Part shown: piece after piece, positions 11,017-23,600 of the stretch
Position numbering within the stretch: the first letter of the stretch is position 1
Layout: the number at the start of each line of letters is the position of its first letter
From: Monocercomonoides exilis PA203
Taxonomy: Eukaryota > Protista > Preaxostyla
NCBI GenBank assembly: GCA_001643675.2
Contig: LSRY02000017.1
Coordinates: forward strand, 558,001 to 622,000
Direction: 5' to 3'
Length of the DNA: 64,000 nt
Position numbers and translations under genes: made by a program
Notes under the pieces: generated by a model
Told to the model about the DNA's origin: nothing
The model's database searches: none
Seen by the model: only the letters and a program-made list of their open reading frames with translations

Positions 11017-12468
11017 ATGGACAATTTATCTTCAAGTTCTGTTCCATCCAAGAATATCACACCAGAAGATCATTTACCATTGATAGAAAAATACAGACCA
11101 AAAGAATTTAAAAATATTGCAAGTCACACTGAACTTCTTTCAACACTCGATAATTTCATTACTGCAGGCCGACTTCCTCATTTGTTATTTCATGGGCCAC
11201 CAGGAACAGGAAAAACTACAACTATTTTGGCGATGGCAAGAAAGATGTACGGAGACCAATTTACTCAGATGACTCTTGAAGTTTGTTAATATTTAAACTT
11301 AACTTTTGTTGTTTTTTTACATGAATATTGAAACAAAATACAGCGAAACGCATCAGACGACAGAGGAATAGATACTGTAAGAACTGAAATAAAAACTTTT
11401 GCAAGCACAAAAAGTGTATTTTGTCGTTTACCAAAATTAATTATTCTTGATGAATGTGATGCAATGGTAAAGGAGGCTCAATTTGCTTTAAGGAGAAGTG
11501 TGATGTGTTATTTTATTAATTTTTTTTAGCATTATGATTTGTTTCAATTTTTGTGAAGTTGTTGAGAAGTATTCAAGTAATGCCAGATTTTGTTTGATTT
11601 GTAATTATGTAAACAGAATTATTCCCGCGCTGCAGTCAAGATGTACGAAAATGAGATTTTGTCCTCTTGAACCACAGACTATTTTTGATAGATTAAAAGA
11701 GATTTCTTCTTTGGAAGGGTTCGAATTATTTATATAAAGAAAATTAAACTTTATTTAAAATGTATTTATTTTTAATTGCAATTCAAACTTGAAATTGTTC
11801 TGAAATAGATACACTGCGGATGATAATGCACTGAAGTCAATTGTTACTCTTTCTGGGGGAGATATGAGAAAGGCTTTAAATACTCTTCAATCCGTAGCAA
11901 TGGCAACAATGCCTTCTCCATTATCACAACTTTCATCATTAACTTCGGATGCTTCTTCAACACCTGCAAATCAAAAAGCAGCAATAACAGTTGATGCGGT
12001 TTATCAAACTGCTGGAAAGCCGAATCCACGAATGATCGAAGAATTTATATATTTTGCAATGAATAGGCCGTTTGAAGAAGCAATTGAAGGTCTAATAACA
12101 TTCTTTGATTTAATCCTCATCTCTTTTTGTTGTTTAAAATTTTTAATATGTCTTTTACCTTATTCAACGAATTGCGTGTATGTGATGTAATTGATTATCA
12201 CTTATTCATCGAAATAGCCTGCTGGAAATTAAAGGAAGAAGGCTCTCATTCTTTAGGCGATATCATAAGTGCGTGTCATTCACGTCTCGTGCGTATATCT
12301 TTGCCCCTGATTGTAAAATGCACATTGTTAGATAAGATGGCTGTAATATCTGCAGATGCTTCACGTGCCTACAACGAACGCTTACAATTCATTGGTTTTA
12401 TTTCAATTCTTCAAGAAGCACAAATCGAGGGAGTGAAGGAGGGAATTAGGCTTACAAATCAAGATTAA
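11017..12468 (+). CDS. RFC5: Replication factor C small subunit (human RFC5 / yeast Rfc3 type); exons 11017-11280, 11344-11497, 11559-11718, 11809-12089, 12218-12468
   Basis: EKYRP box, PHLLFHGPPGTGKTT Walker A, NASDDRGID, LIILDECD Walker B, IIPALQSRC (SRC motif), GGDMRKALN. Four GT-AG introns join these in frame. Confidence 0.93.
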
Positions 12469-12914
12469 ATAAAAAGTTTTAATTTTTATTTTTGATTGTT
12501 CAAAGAATGATTAACGGTAATTTTCAGGAATTTTTTTATTGCTATCGTTCGTTAAATTAAAGCATTGTACAAAATTTTAATATGATTTTTAGATTTTTAA
12601 TAAATAATTATTACGAACGAATTCATGAAACTGATTTTTTTTTGATCACACTTTCTTTTGAGTTTTGATCATAATAATTATTTCTCAACGGGTTAAAAAA
12701 GAAATAAATGTTTGAAAATCAGCATTCACTATTCATGAAAAAAAGTCATAGAGAAAACAAAAAAAAAGCTTTTTCCACTAGAAAAAATAGTTTTGATCAA
12801 AACTTTTATGCAAAAATGATTTCAACAAGAGCAGCAGTGTTTGCTCATGTTTTGTCGTGTGTATCTCACAAAATAAAATTATTGATAATAGAACAGTTTA
12901 ATTTTTTAAATATC

Positions 12915-12916
<2 letters not shown>

Positions 12917-12964
<48 letters not shown>
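12917..12964. repeat. 48-nt poly(T) homopolymer
   Basis: Uninterrupted T run in the spacer between the convergent RFC5 and KIN17 genes. Confidence 0.9.
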
Positions 12965-12965
<1 letters not shown>

Positions 12966-13624
12966 ATACAGGAATGAAAGACTTATCATGATAAGGTAGT
13001 GGAAAAAGTTTGGAACAAGTTGTTGTTTTTTTTCATAAATGAAAGAATTTTGCCCCAAATGATTTTTGAAAACATCAACTCGATATTAATCGAGAACATC
13101 AATAAAATGCGAAAAAGTGAAAGAAACGATTCTAATGAACAATTTTTGTTCAATTACGAATAGCATCCCGAGACTGTGCGAAAAATTCAACGAAGTTTGA
13201 AAATTAATTATCAACAAACATTTTTCGAAATGTTTCATGAAAAATCAAAATAGCGAACAGAATTTGAATGAAAAAATAAATGTTACTGGAATTGTAATTC
13301 TAATAGTGGAATAATAAAAAAAGAATTTTGCACTTATATGTAATAAAAATGAAAGTGAGAATGGAGGATGAGATGTTGAGATTTCAAGAATGATTACACA
13401 GAGAAACATAATTCATATTTCCTGTTTAAGAGATCTTATTCCCTTCTTTTCTCATTGTTTTCTCATCATAAATATAGATTCGAATAAAAATGCCCGCAAA
13501 AAACAATAGCCATCTATGCATTTGCGAAATTGATAGAAACCATTTTTTTGAATTTGAATATTTTTTCTTTTTACAATAAATTATCGTTCTTTCCATAACT
13601 GAATAAACAACAAGAAAAAATTTC

Positions 13625-15917
13625 TTACGACACGTATAACTTCGTAAAGATTTCATATTCAATTCCACTCACAACTTTCCCCTTAAGTTCTGTATCTTTC
13701 CCTCCAACGCTCTCCTTTTCTGTCTGAAATCGTTTTTCCTTAAGTCTTAAAGACGCTGAAAAAGACGAAGTGTCAATAGACTCCAACTGAGCTATCCATC
13801 CTTTATACTTTCCGTCAAGAATAAGAACTGGTGAGTTGAGCGCAGGTATGACAGTTTCAAAAGGAAGAGGAGATAGCGGAGTGGATGAAACAGGAAGTGA
13901 AAGCGTGAACGATGATGAAGAAATATTCGACGAAGCAGAAGCTGAAGTGGAAGAAGACGAGCTTTGAAGTGATTCGCTGTGATTGCAAGGCTGGAAGGTT
14001 ATTTCAAAAGAAGAACGCGATTTGCTGAGGCGCACCCCGACCACTTTTGCTTTTGTCCCATTCAAACTGCTCTTCTCCCCTTTGGCGTCTGTGATCTTCA
14101 AAATGATTCCCTCTTTCACCCAGCATTCGCTTTCCCTCTCTTCTTCGCTGTCAAACAGCGGCTTCCGACGAGGCGAATTCGAAGGCGATTCATTTGAAGA
14201 CGAAAGAGATCTTGATTCACGATGTCTGTGCTTGTGATGATGTTTGTGTGAACGAGATTCATGCTTGGAATGTGAATCAACGCTGTTTCTGTCATCACGA
14301 GAGCGATGATCCCTTCGCGATTTTGCATCCTCTTTCCTTTTTCTGTCCTTTTTGTCGTCTCTCTTCTGCTTGTGGTGATGCTTTTTCGATCTGGAGTCAG
14401 AATGTGAATCTGAAGAATCGCTTCTGCTCTCAGAAGATTTTGATCGACTTCTGTGTCGAATAGAATGTCGAGATTTATCACTGGAATGCGAAGACAAATT
14501 AATTGAAGAAGAAGAAGAAGATGAAGACGAAGACGATGATGAATGAGACGATGAAATCGGCTGCTTTTCAGTTGTCTGTTCCTTTGAGCTCAAATTTGCA
14601 GAAGAGCTGTCCAATGATTTCGGCTGGCTTGAACTAGATGAAGATTCAAACATGGAAGAAGGAGAAGGAGAAGAATGAAATGAAGAAAGCGAGGAAGATT
14701 CAGAAGTCATTCGTGAGGATGTTCTGACTTGTGAAGGTAATGAAGTATACAATGCTTCAATCATCTTTTTGTTTTCCTCATCTTTTTTCCTCTTTTCTTG
14801 GATTAACCGTTCTTTCTCAGCTTCATCATCTTCATCATCATCAAAAGTTGGGTACTTTTTCAATAAATCATCAACTTTTCCAAGTGCGCTCGATAAAAGA
14901 CTATCAACCTCTTCTTCTTCTTTTTCAATAGACTCCTCCTTCTCATCATCATTAATTGGCTCATCGTCATTTTCCGATTTAACTCCTTCATGCTCCTCTG
15001 TTTCCTTAACTTCCTTTTTTAAAGTCAGACTACCTATGTCATCCTTCACCTCTTTTTTAGCTTTAAAGGAAAATTGTATAGGTTTCATGACCACGTCACT
15101 TTTGTCGATTTCTTCTTGAAGTGAAGAAGCGTCGATGGATTTTCCCTCTTTCATTTCTTTTTCCTTTTCTCGTTCAATGAGTTTTTCTTGTTGTTTAAAC
15201 ATTCGTGATAGCATTTCTGATTCGTACTTTTCTTCAAGTTCGCGTTCTCTTTTTCTTTGTTCTTTAAAAAATGTTTCACCTTCTGTTGGTATGTAAGTCA
15301 AGTACCATCCCTTTTCAGTGTCCTCAACCTTCAGTTTTCCAGTTTTTCCGCAATAAAGGATAAAGCCAGTTAAAGTTGTCCATACAGTACTAAAAACAAG
15401 AGAGACTAAAATAATCAATAACATTTTAACAAAGTTGGAAACCTGTTCATATGCACGTGATGTCTATCCTTTATAAGTTCATTGTATACAACATTAAAAT
15501 GAACTCTTGTTGAACCAAAGCGCGTTCTCATTAACTGCATAAAAGTTCTTTCAAATTCTTTGGAAAAGTCATCCATAAACTTATAAGGATTTTGACCAAA
15601 GATTTGCATTTGCCTTTGATGGGTTTCTGATTCACAATGACACTTTTCAAAAAATTAACAAGATACACAAAATAATTCATCTTACCTTAAAACCATTTGC
15701 ATCTCTGCATTGCTTTTGACACTTTAAACATGATTATAATGAATGGAACATTTCATTTGCCCAAGAAAATAATAATTAAAAAATGTAACAAAAAATATTC
15801 TTTGTAAAAATGTGTAAATACACAAACCATCTGACAATACCATCGCAACTTTTGCAGACCTTTTGCTTTTATACGATTCGCAATATCTTTAGGTGACCCA
15901 CGTTCTGCTTTTCCCAT
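13625..15917 (-). CDS. KIN17: KIN17 (C2H2 zinc finger, winged-helix-like domain, C-terminal KOW), ~696 aa; exons 15917-15828, 15721-15686, 15642-15443, 15389-13625
   Basis: Diagnostic IANRIKAKGLQKLRWYCQM|CQKQCRDANGFK|CHCESETHQRQM, DRHHVHMNS|TVWTTLTGF, EDTEKGWYLTYI, and C-terminal ETVIPA...GKYKGWIAQL...EYEIFTKL. Confidence 0.96.
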
Positions 15918-16056
15918 TTGATCAAATAAGTAACAATTTATTCCCATATTATAATAGTTTGAGATGTTAACGAAAAAAGCACGAAAGTTATCTTACTCCG
16001 AACAACAAAAACTTTTTTTAAAGGCACAAGAAGATACCTACACAACAAAAACAGAC
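15918..16056. promoter_or_regulatory. Putative bidirectional promoter between KIN17 and POP4
   Basis: 139-bp gap between divergent ATGs. The POP4 start is inferred from a short first exon. Confidence 0.5.
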
Positions 16057-17439
16057 ATGCACAAAGCTCAAAGCGTGTACGCTCAAGGTTTCTAACAGTC
16101 GCCATTTAAATATTATTTTTCTTCATTCTGATTGTTTTAATTTATGCATCTCACATGTAGCTGAAAAATATCTATATCTTCCTATCCTTGTTTCTAATCC
16201 TAACGATATAAATAAATCTGCAATGCATGATTTGATTGCTGAATATGTCCCTCCTTCCAAAAATACTGAAGACATGTTTAGAGACAGAATTGAGACCCGA
16301 GTAATTTATTTTGATATCCTTAAGCCAAGGCCTACAGGTGAAACCGAGCCTAAAATTGAAAGCGAACCAAAAGGATCAAAAAGAATAAAAAAACAATTGT
16401 CTTTATTTGAAAGGCAGAAAGCTGAAGAAGAAGAGATGAAAAAAAGGGCAAAAGCACAGTTATATGAAAGGGCAGAGAAATCAAATTTGGAACCAAGAAA
16501 TAATTCAATTCCTCAAAAAACAAAATTGAGTTAGAATTTTTTAATTCATTTTTATAGTATTAACTGTTCTATATATATATATTATAGGTCGAATTGAAAA
16601 AAAGGCTTTAGGACTATTAACTGTTGAGAAAAGCGGATTGAAATACACTGATTTTTTAGAGACGAATGGAGCCTGGAAAAATTACATACAAACAATAGTT
16701 GGATCCGTGAAAAATAAGTATTGAACTATTATTTTTTATTCAAATTACCCATTTGCTTGTTTTGAATACATTTAATTGACTGCTCCTTTGATGTTTTATC
16801 TGTACAAATTATGTTACCCAAACCGAAAAAAAATAAGAAATGAATTTAGTTCAAAAATGATTCATGCAGAAATGAATGGAGCTATGATTGAGGTTGTGCG
16901 GTCGAAATGTAGCAGCTTAGTTGGCTTAAAGGGTATTGTTATACAGGAAACGCAACGCACTTTTGTAATTATCACGGAGAAAAACTCAACAAAAGGTATA
17001 AAAATATTTATTCGCTTTGTATTTGCACTAATCATAAACTTCCTTATGTACAGTTGTCCCAAAGAATGTGTGCGATTTCCGTATAATTATAGAAAAGCCA
17101 CAGAATGATAAAGAGAAATCGGGTTCATTACAAGCCTCATTGGCACCATCTTCTTCGAGTCCTTCTTCTGAATCAAGCACTTCATCAGCTTCATCTTCTT
17201 CATCATCCGTGCTAAGTGCTGACGCTCTTTCATCTGACGGAGCACCAACCGCCTTTTCGGATCTTTCTTGCGGAACATATGACTCTCTTCCAACTCCCTC
17301 TGCTGATAACGAAAAAGATGGCTGGGATGTCCTCATCTCAGGCACGAATTTCGAGCTGAGGCCTTTCGAGAGAGCGGTTCGTGCGCCAAAGGCGCCACAA
17401 CCAATGTTGCCACTTGCAGCTTGCTCAGATGAGCTGTAA
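16057..17439 (+). CDS. POP4: RNase P/MRP subunit Pop4/Rpp29; exons 16057-16087, 16161-16529, 16588-16717, 16838-16995, 17054-17439
   Basis: LKYTDFLETNGAWKNYI, KMIHAEMNGAMIEVVRSKCSSLVGLKGIVIQETQRTFVII, VVPKNVCDF and ISGTNFELRPFER match the Rpp29 family pattern. The first exon is the least certain. Confidence 0.88.
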
Positions 17440-17601
17440 GCGTCAACTCGCGTATTAATATATTTGTTTTATATTTTTAGTTTATTCTCTTAATTTCGGG
17501 GTTTTCATTTTTTTACAACAAATAATATTACTCATGAATATTTGTACACAACACGTAGCAAAAAAAAATTGGAAAAAAAAATATTCTCTTTTTTTCTTTA
17601 A

Positions 17602-17637
17602 AAAATAAAATAAAATAAAATAAAATAAAATAAATAA
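17602..17637. repeat. (AAAAT)n microsatellite
   Basis: About 6-7 tandem AAAAT units just past the stop of the giant minus-strand gene. Confidence 0.85.
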
Positions 17638-17670
17638 CAAAATTTGTTCCACCATCTTGTGACATTCATG

Positions 17671-20600
17671 TCACTCACAAATAGGCGAAACAAGGATGAT
17701 GTTAAACAGGGTTTTCACAAACATGATAGGAAAAGCAACACCAAGAGACAGTTTTAGGTTGGACTGCAGAAACTTGGTGATGGGGGAGTTAGCAGAGAAC
17801 GTCGACGCCAGCCTCGCAAAGTGGCTGCACGGCTTCAAAGCACCGATGTTGACAAAGGGCAAGACAGCTGTGTCTGCTGAATAGGAGCGCCTTGCTGCAG
17901 ACTTCTGGCGAGCCGACAGATAAGCTGAGGTGTCGTCGATGATCGTTCGGATCTGTGCGATTTTGTGCAGCAGCCGGCCGTTCAGACACAGCGCGCGCAT
18001 TCGCGGAGGCTTCTGTGGAGGAGTGGGCTGCGCTGGTGCAAAAATAGAACCCTGAGAAAAAGTGGCAGAGCGAGCAGTCTTGTTGCCCATTCCATAGAAG
18101 ATGATGGGAGATAACACGTCGTTCAAGGAAGGACAGAATGAAACATCTAATTTTTGGAGAGATCTGTAATTGAATAAAAAATTCATATAGAAAAACAAAA
18201 AAAGAGAAATTTCATAGAAAAGATAATCAATCAAGACAGAAAAAAAAGCAAACTGGAAGCTCTTTGTGTTTTGGGCCATCCATTGAAAGAGTGCCTCGCA
18301 GTTGATGTTTGAGCAGCTCTGCACATAGCAGTGCTCCAAATACGTACACTCTGTCAGAAGGGTCTGGACGCCCACATGAGAAACAAGAGAACACGAAAGG
18401 TCAATTATCTTCAGCTTCTTGCAGCAGCGCGCAAACAGCCGCACGCCGTTGTCTGTGATGCGCGATCCTCCGCTCAGCTCCACACGTTTGAGAGAGCTGA
18501 AAATTAGCCCCATTTTGAAGAAAGAGGCGTCGGTCAAGAAAAGAGTGTTGGCAGCAATGCAGAGCGAATGCAAAGCAAACGAAAAACGAGGCAGCTGCGA
18601 CTGAAATTGCATTGTGTCTGAAGCTGTGTAAGAGAAAGTGGTCGAGGCTGTCCGTTCGGAAGACAACGGAGGAGTCACTTTGGAATTCAATGAACGAGAG
18701 ACAAAGTTTTGCTCTGGAAGATCTGGGTGAGACCGATGAAGCAGAACAGAAGCAGCATTCCGATCGTCGAAGAAAGAGAGGCTGTTTGAGGGAGAGTATT
18801 TGGAAGAGCTGATGGGAGTGGTTGCTGAAGAGATGGAGGTGAAGCTGGAGCTTTGCTCATGAAACGGATCCGATGCTGCTTGCTGTGATGCGCTGGCTGA
18901 CTCAGCCTCCTCTTTTGATTTATCGTGCACTGGGGTTGAAATATGAAGTGACTGGGACATCAGCTCAACAATGTCTGAAGGAAGAGTCAGAATCGAATCG
19001 TCCAGGGCGAGATTTCTGGCTCTTAAACGCTGCGAGGCAGAGCCAGTTTTTGAGGAAGACGAAGACGACGAAGAAGAAGAAGCCAATTTGTTGCGGACAA
19101 AATATCCGCTCTGCAAAGCCGCTGATGTTCGTCGCTGTTGCACCGAATACAAAATTGCTGGCTCAACATCTACCAGAGGCCTTCGAATTTTGTGGACAGT
19201 CATCAATTCATTTTCAGGCTTTTCTTGTGAGTTTGATTGCGAGATGCCGCTTGTCGATGGGAACAAAGTGGATTGTGACGAGAAATGCTTTTGCTGAGAG
19301 TCTCTTGTTGGAGTTTTGTCAACAGATGAAATTGTTGATGATTCTTTTTGATTCTGAGCATTGACGCCAAATGAGCTTGCAGAAGTTGTTTTTATACTTT
19401 GATTCACTGGCAGTTCTGCTGAATGTGCAAGCTCTTTGTGCTTAGGAAGCATCTCTTGCGGCTTGGGAGATGCTATTTTAAGTCCACTGAATAAGTCTAC
19501 CAGCCGAGTAATTCCATACACAATTCCAGCTCCATCGCTGCTGTTGTCATCTTCCTTTTTGCTGTCTGGCTGAGAGCTTGAAGGATCTTTGATTGAAGAA
19601 GAAGAGGAGGACAAAAATGAGGAGGAGTTTGGTTGGTGAGAATGAAACGAAGGCGATGCAGCCGTCGATGAAGAAGTCGATGGAGTGAACACCGGCTGAG
19701 GGGCTAATGGCGGCTGGGCAGATGGCTTGCATTCACTGCTGTTTGCCTTTGAATGAGTGTTTGTTGTGGAGCGGCTGCTTTCGTATCCGACAGGAATCCA
19801 CAGAGGAAGCGTCTTGACGGGCTCACCGACAGACACGCTTTCAAACATCTTCATTGCCTGTGCCAACGACGATTCGTACTTTTTCTCAGGCTTGCCATCG
19901 CTGCTGTTCTCCTTCATCTCTGTTCGCGCCTTCTCTTCTGCTTTTATCTCCTTCTCCAGAAGAGATCCTGCTGGTTTAACAGCCACAAACGTAGGTGTTT
20001 GTGGAAAGACTCCACTTCTTTCCGTATTTTGAGATAGCGAAGGAAGCACATTGAATCGTAGTGATGTTAGACGCTTCAAGTCATTCGTTTCAGAAGCGCT
20101 TTCGTATGTTTCGGCTCCGCTCTGCTCGTAAACAGAACGAGCTCCTGTTGATAGACATGTCACTGGATGGAATGGAACTGATGTGTCTGCTATTGTCTGC
20201 TGCTGTCTTGCTTTCCCATCTGAATTCGATTCCCAATCAAGAAGAACCTGCTGAAGAGGAGGCAGAGCAATTGTTATGTCTGATTCCGCATCTGAGCCAT
20301 TCATTGCTCCAAAAGTTCGATGGTGCTTTCTATTGAACAGTTCCTCGTCTTCATCAAGCGACATAGTCAGACCTTCGAAATGAGTGTCAATCATAGCATC
20401 GTTAGATGCCTCGCTAATGTTTCTGTTCTTCTGCTGTGTGAATGCCAATGGATCAGTTATTTTGTCTGTGCTAATAGGAAGTGATTGAGTAAGAATTGCA
20501 TCTGGCACATTGGATTCTGTCGACTCTGTAGCGAAGTTGTTTGTGGCTGTGCCGCTTTGTTCTGCTGGTTCCCTTGCCAAGTTGAAAAGTGAATTCTGGC

Positions 20601-23600
20601 CGTTTTGATGAGGAGTCTCCAATGAGTTCAGCCTCGGGTCAGTAAGACGCATCTTGGATTTAATCTTCTTGCGATAGAGCGACGAAAGCGGAGGTCTGTT
20701 GCGAGGAGAGGTGTGCGAATAGCGATATGAGAAGCTGTGCTTTCGAGGCAGTGTAGGTGGGTCAATTGCCATAAACGGAGGGCTCTTCGCTAGCTGGTTA
20801 GTTGGCGTTGCTTTCGACTTCTCGTTCTTCAAACCAGACGGTGATCCAAACCCAGAGAAAGGCGTGTCGATCGTCTGCTGGATGGGCGAGTCAGCTCCAA
20901 ACGAGGAAGTGACTGAAGTGAAAAGCGAGCCCGACAGATGGCCATGGGATGCAGATAAGCCATGTGCTCTTTCAGACTGCGATTGTACAAGCGGATCAAA
21001 CATCGACCGCTCTGTGTCAAAGAGAGAACCAGGTTTTGATCGTTTCCGCTGCGTGGTGGATCTCCGCTTCTTCTTCCGTCTGGTTCTCCTTCTTGTTTTT
21101 CTCACAATGCGACTTGCTGGCGGGACTCCATCAACTGAATTGATTCCGTCCTGCCTGTTGGCTGCATCTCCTTCAGTCGACACCTCGTCCTCTTCTTCCC
21201 ACTCATCTTCTGTGTATTCCACACTGTCTTCTTCAAAAGGTGCTGGATCAAGCTTCACCATCATGCGGCTGTGGATTGGAGTGTTCAGCACAGAAGGATA
21301 TTTGGTTTTGTTTGCAGCGCCTGAAACAACTGGAGTTCTGACAACCGACTGGGAAAGCATCTGTGCAACCGAAGGTGTTTGCAATGTGGGTGATGGTGTT
21401 AGCACACGCCGTATGGTTGAAAGAGTGGAAGTGATTGGCGGCTGCTCAGACATATGATCTGACATTTCATTCGACCGATTAAACGACGGAGGTGTATGCA
21501 CATCTACATACGATCGAGTGTTGATAGGCGTTTGCATCACCTGCAGCTGTGCTTCCGCAGACAAGCTTGCTGATTGCGCCTCTTCGTCTATAGCTAACTC
21601 TCCAAAAGCGTCCATCGCTGGTGCACTCTGCGCAGAACATGGGCGAGTCACTGCAGTGTCTGTCTGCTGCAAAGATCCCTGTGAATCTGGCTGCGATGCA
21701 TCAACGCCCGGATCTTCGCCCAGAAGTCGGCTTGGAAGAGAAATAGACCTCACAGTCGTGGCAGAGTCCGAGAATGACTTAGGACAGCTCATGTCAGATG
21801 GCCTGTCCCGCTTCCTGGTTCTGTTCAGCGGTGGTGTTAGAGGAGGGAATTCGTCGCGATATGTTCTTGGTGTTGTGGTGGCGAATGCATCTGTGCCTGA
21901 CTTTGGCTGCTCCATCACTGAAAGCACAAGAGGTGGCGAGTGAGATCCTGACTGTGAAGGAAGTTGTTCCTGAGAAGAGCTGGAGAACCCATTTTGCTGC
22001 GAAGAGGAGGAAGAGGAAGAAGGTTGAGGCATAAGAAGCTGGCGAACAGAACGAGATGGCGACTCAGCGGACAAAGCGACAGTTGGGCGAAGGGGAGTGA
22101 ATCTTGGAATTGTTGAGGATGCATCGAACGAGGAAGAAGAAATGTTTGCTGATGAAGAAGCAAAAGTCGACGATGATGAATGAAGAGAGTTTGAAGAGGA
22201 AGAAGAACCTTGTGGAGAAGAGGAGGGGGAAGAAGAAGCAGGAAGCGGAGAAGAGAACATTTGAGATGATTGCTGTGATTGAAAAGACGAAGCAATGCCA
22301 GACGAGCCAAACAAAGACCCTTCTGTCAGTTTCTGGTGCTTTGAAGACGACATCGTTTGAGCCGTGCTGAACAGCGTCTGCTGAGGTGGCTGCACAAGCG
22401 CAGACTCCATTTTGACTGGTGGGATGCTCAAAGACGGTTGATGGGGCTCAAACGATGAGCCATGCACACCCAATGTGCGAGAGTTGTTTTCTGTCAGAAA
22501 GCTGTTGACTGTGGACTCATCCATGTCAGAAGTGCAGGTGATGCCGTGGTTGCTGTTCTCCTTCTTTTTGAAGGGAAACTGCTCAATTATCGACAGCAGG
22601 GTGTCCTTCCTGCTCATACTCGGATCGCTCGGCTTTGAGGAATGCGCAATTCTGCTCCTGTGCAAATCAAATGGAGGCGTTGAAGGGACAGATGAGTGGT
22701 CATTGAGCGTTAACAGCTTGCTGTCAAATGCCATTCCGTGCGAGCTTCTCGGCTGCATCGACGCAAAAGCGTTCAAATCTGCTCGGGATTTGTAGAACGT
22801 CCCAGGCGACGACAACGACTCTTCACTGAGATCGGAGTTGTCTTCGCCTCCGCTGCTGTTTCTGCTGCTGCTTCTGTTAGGCCCATCAGCATGCCAATGG
22901 AGCGAAGGCGAGTTGCAGCGGTGCTTCGTCACCATCGACAGCAGCCGCCGGTCGAGTAGCTCGCTGTCTGCATCTCTTTCCATGTCGTCTTCAAGGAAGT
23001 TGACTGGCGTGCCAACAGAATACGGCACTTGCCCACCAGCCGCTTTGCTTCCATCTTCGCCTGCTCTCAACGAAGCCCTGGTGAAGTCCAACGGAGGCAG
23101 CTGCTGATGACTGTCTCCGCCGTTCTCACCCAATCGCCGCGAAAGCTGCATCGCCTCGACTTCCAGCTGGTGCTGGTGCTTCTCTTCTCCTGTTGACCTC
23201 CTGTGTGGAGCTTGTGTTGCCAGCAGACCCGAATAGAAAGGGTTTGAGCCACCAGTTGTGGTGGGCGTGACTGCAGGATAAGGGAAAGAGGTGGTTCTGC
23301 CAAACGTCGGAGGCAGCGGGCCAGATCGGACAGGGGTTGTCAGGAGGAGTGAATCGTGTGTCTGTTGAGAAGAACCCTCAGCGCTTTTTGCGGTTGTGAG
23401 GCGCGGAGTTACAAGTCCATTTGATGAGGCAGACTGATTGAGGATGGACATTGACAAGTAGCTCTGGTTCTTGAATGAAGACATGTAGTCTACAGACGCG
23501 ATTGCTGGTGTGGCAGGAATCGGATGCGAAACGCGGTCGACTTCGTCTTGGACAGGTTTATCGCTCTCTTCGGAGTCATCAGTGGCAGCTGGGACAGTTG

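Noticed and set aside
12708-12977. ORFs with poly-Phe (also 32127-32327 and 39493-39717)
   Set aside because: Artefacts of poly(T) or (TTTTC)n tracts.
17640-17730. Possible extra last intron (GTTTGTG donor) and a 7-bp-arm hairpin over the stop of the RING/LRR gene
   Set aside because: The alternative last exon would run into the AAAAT microsatellite, and the hairpin is too short to be significant.
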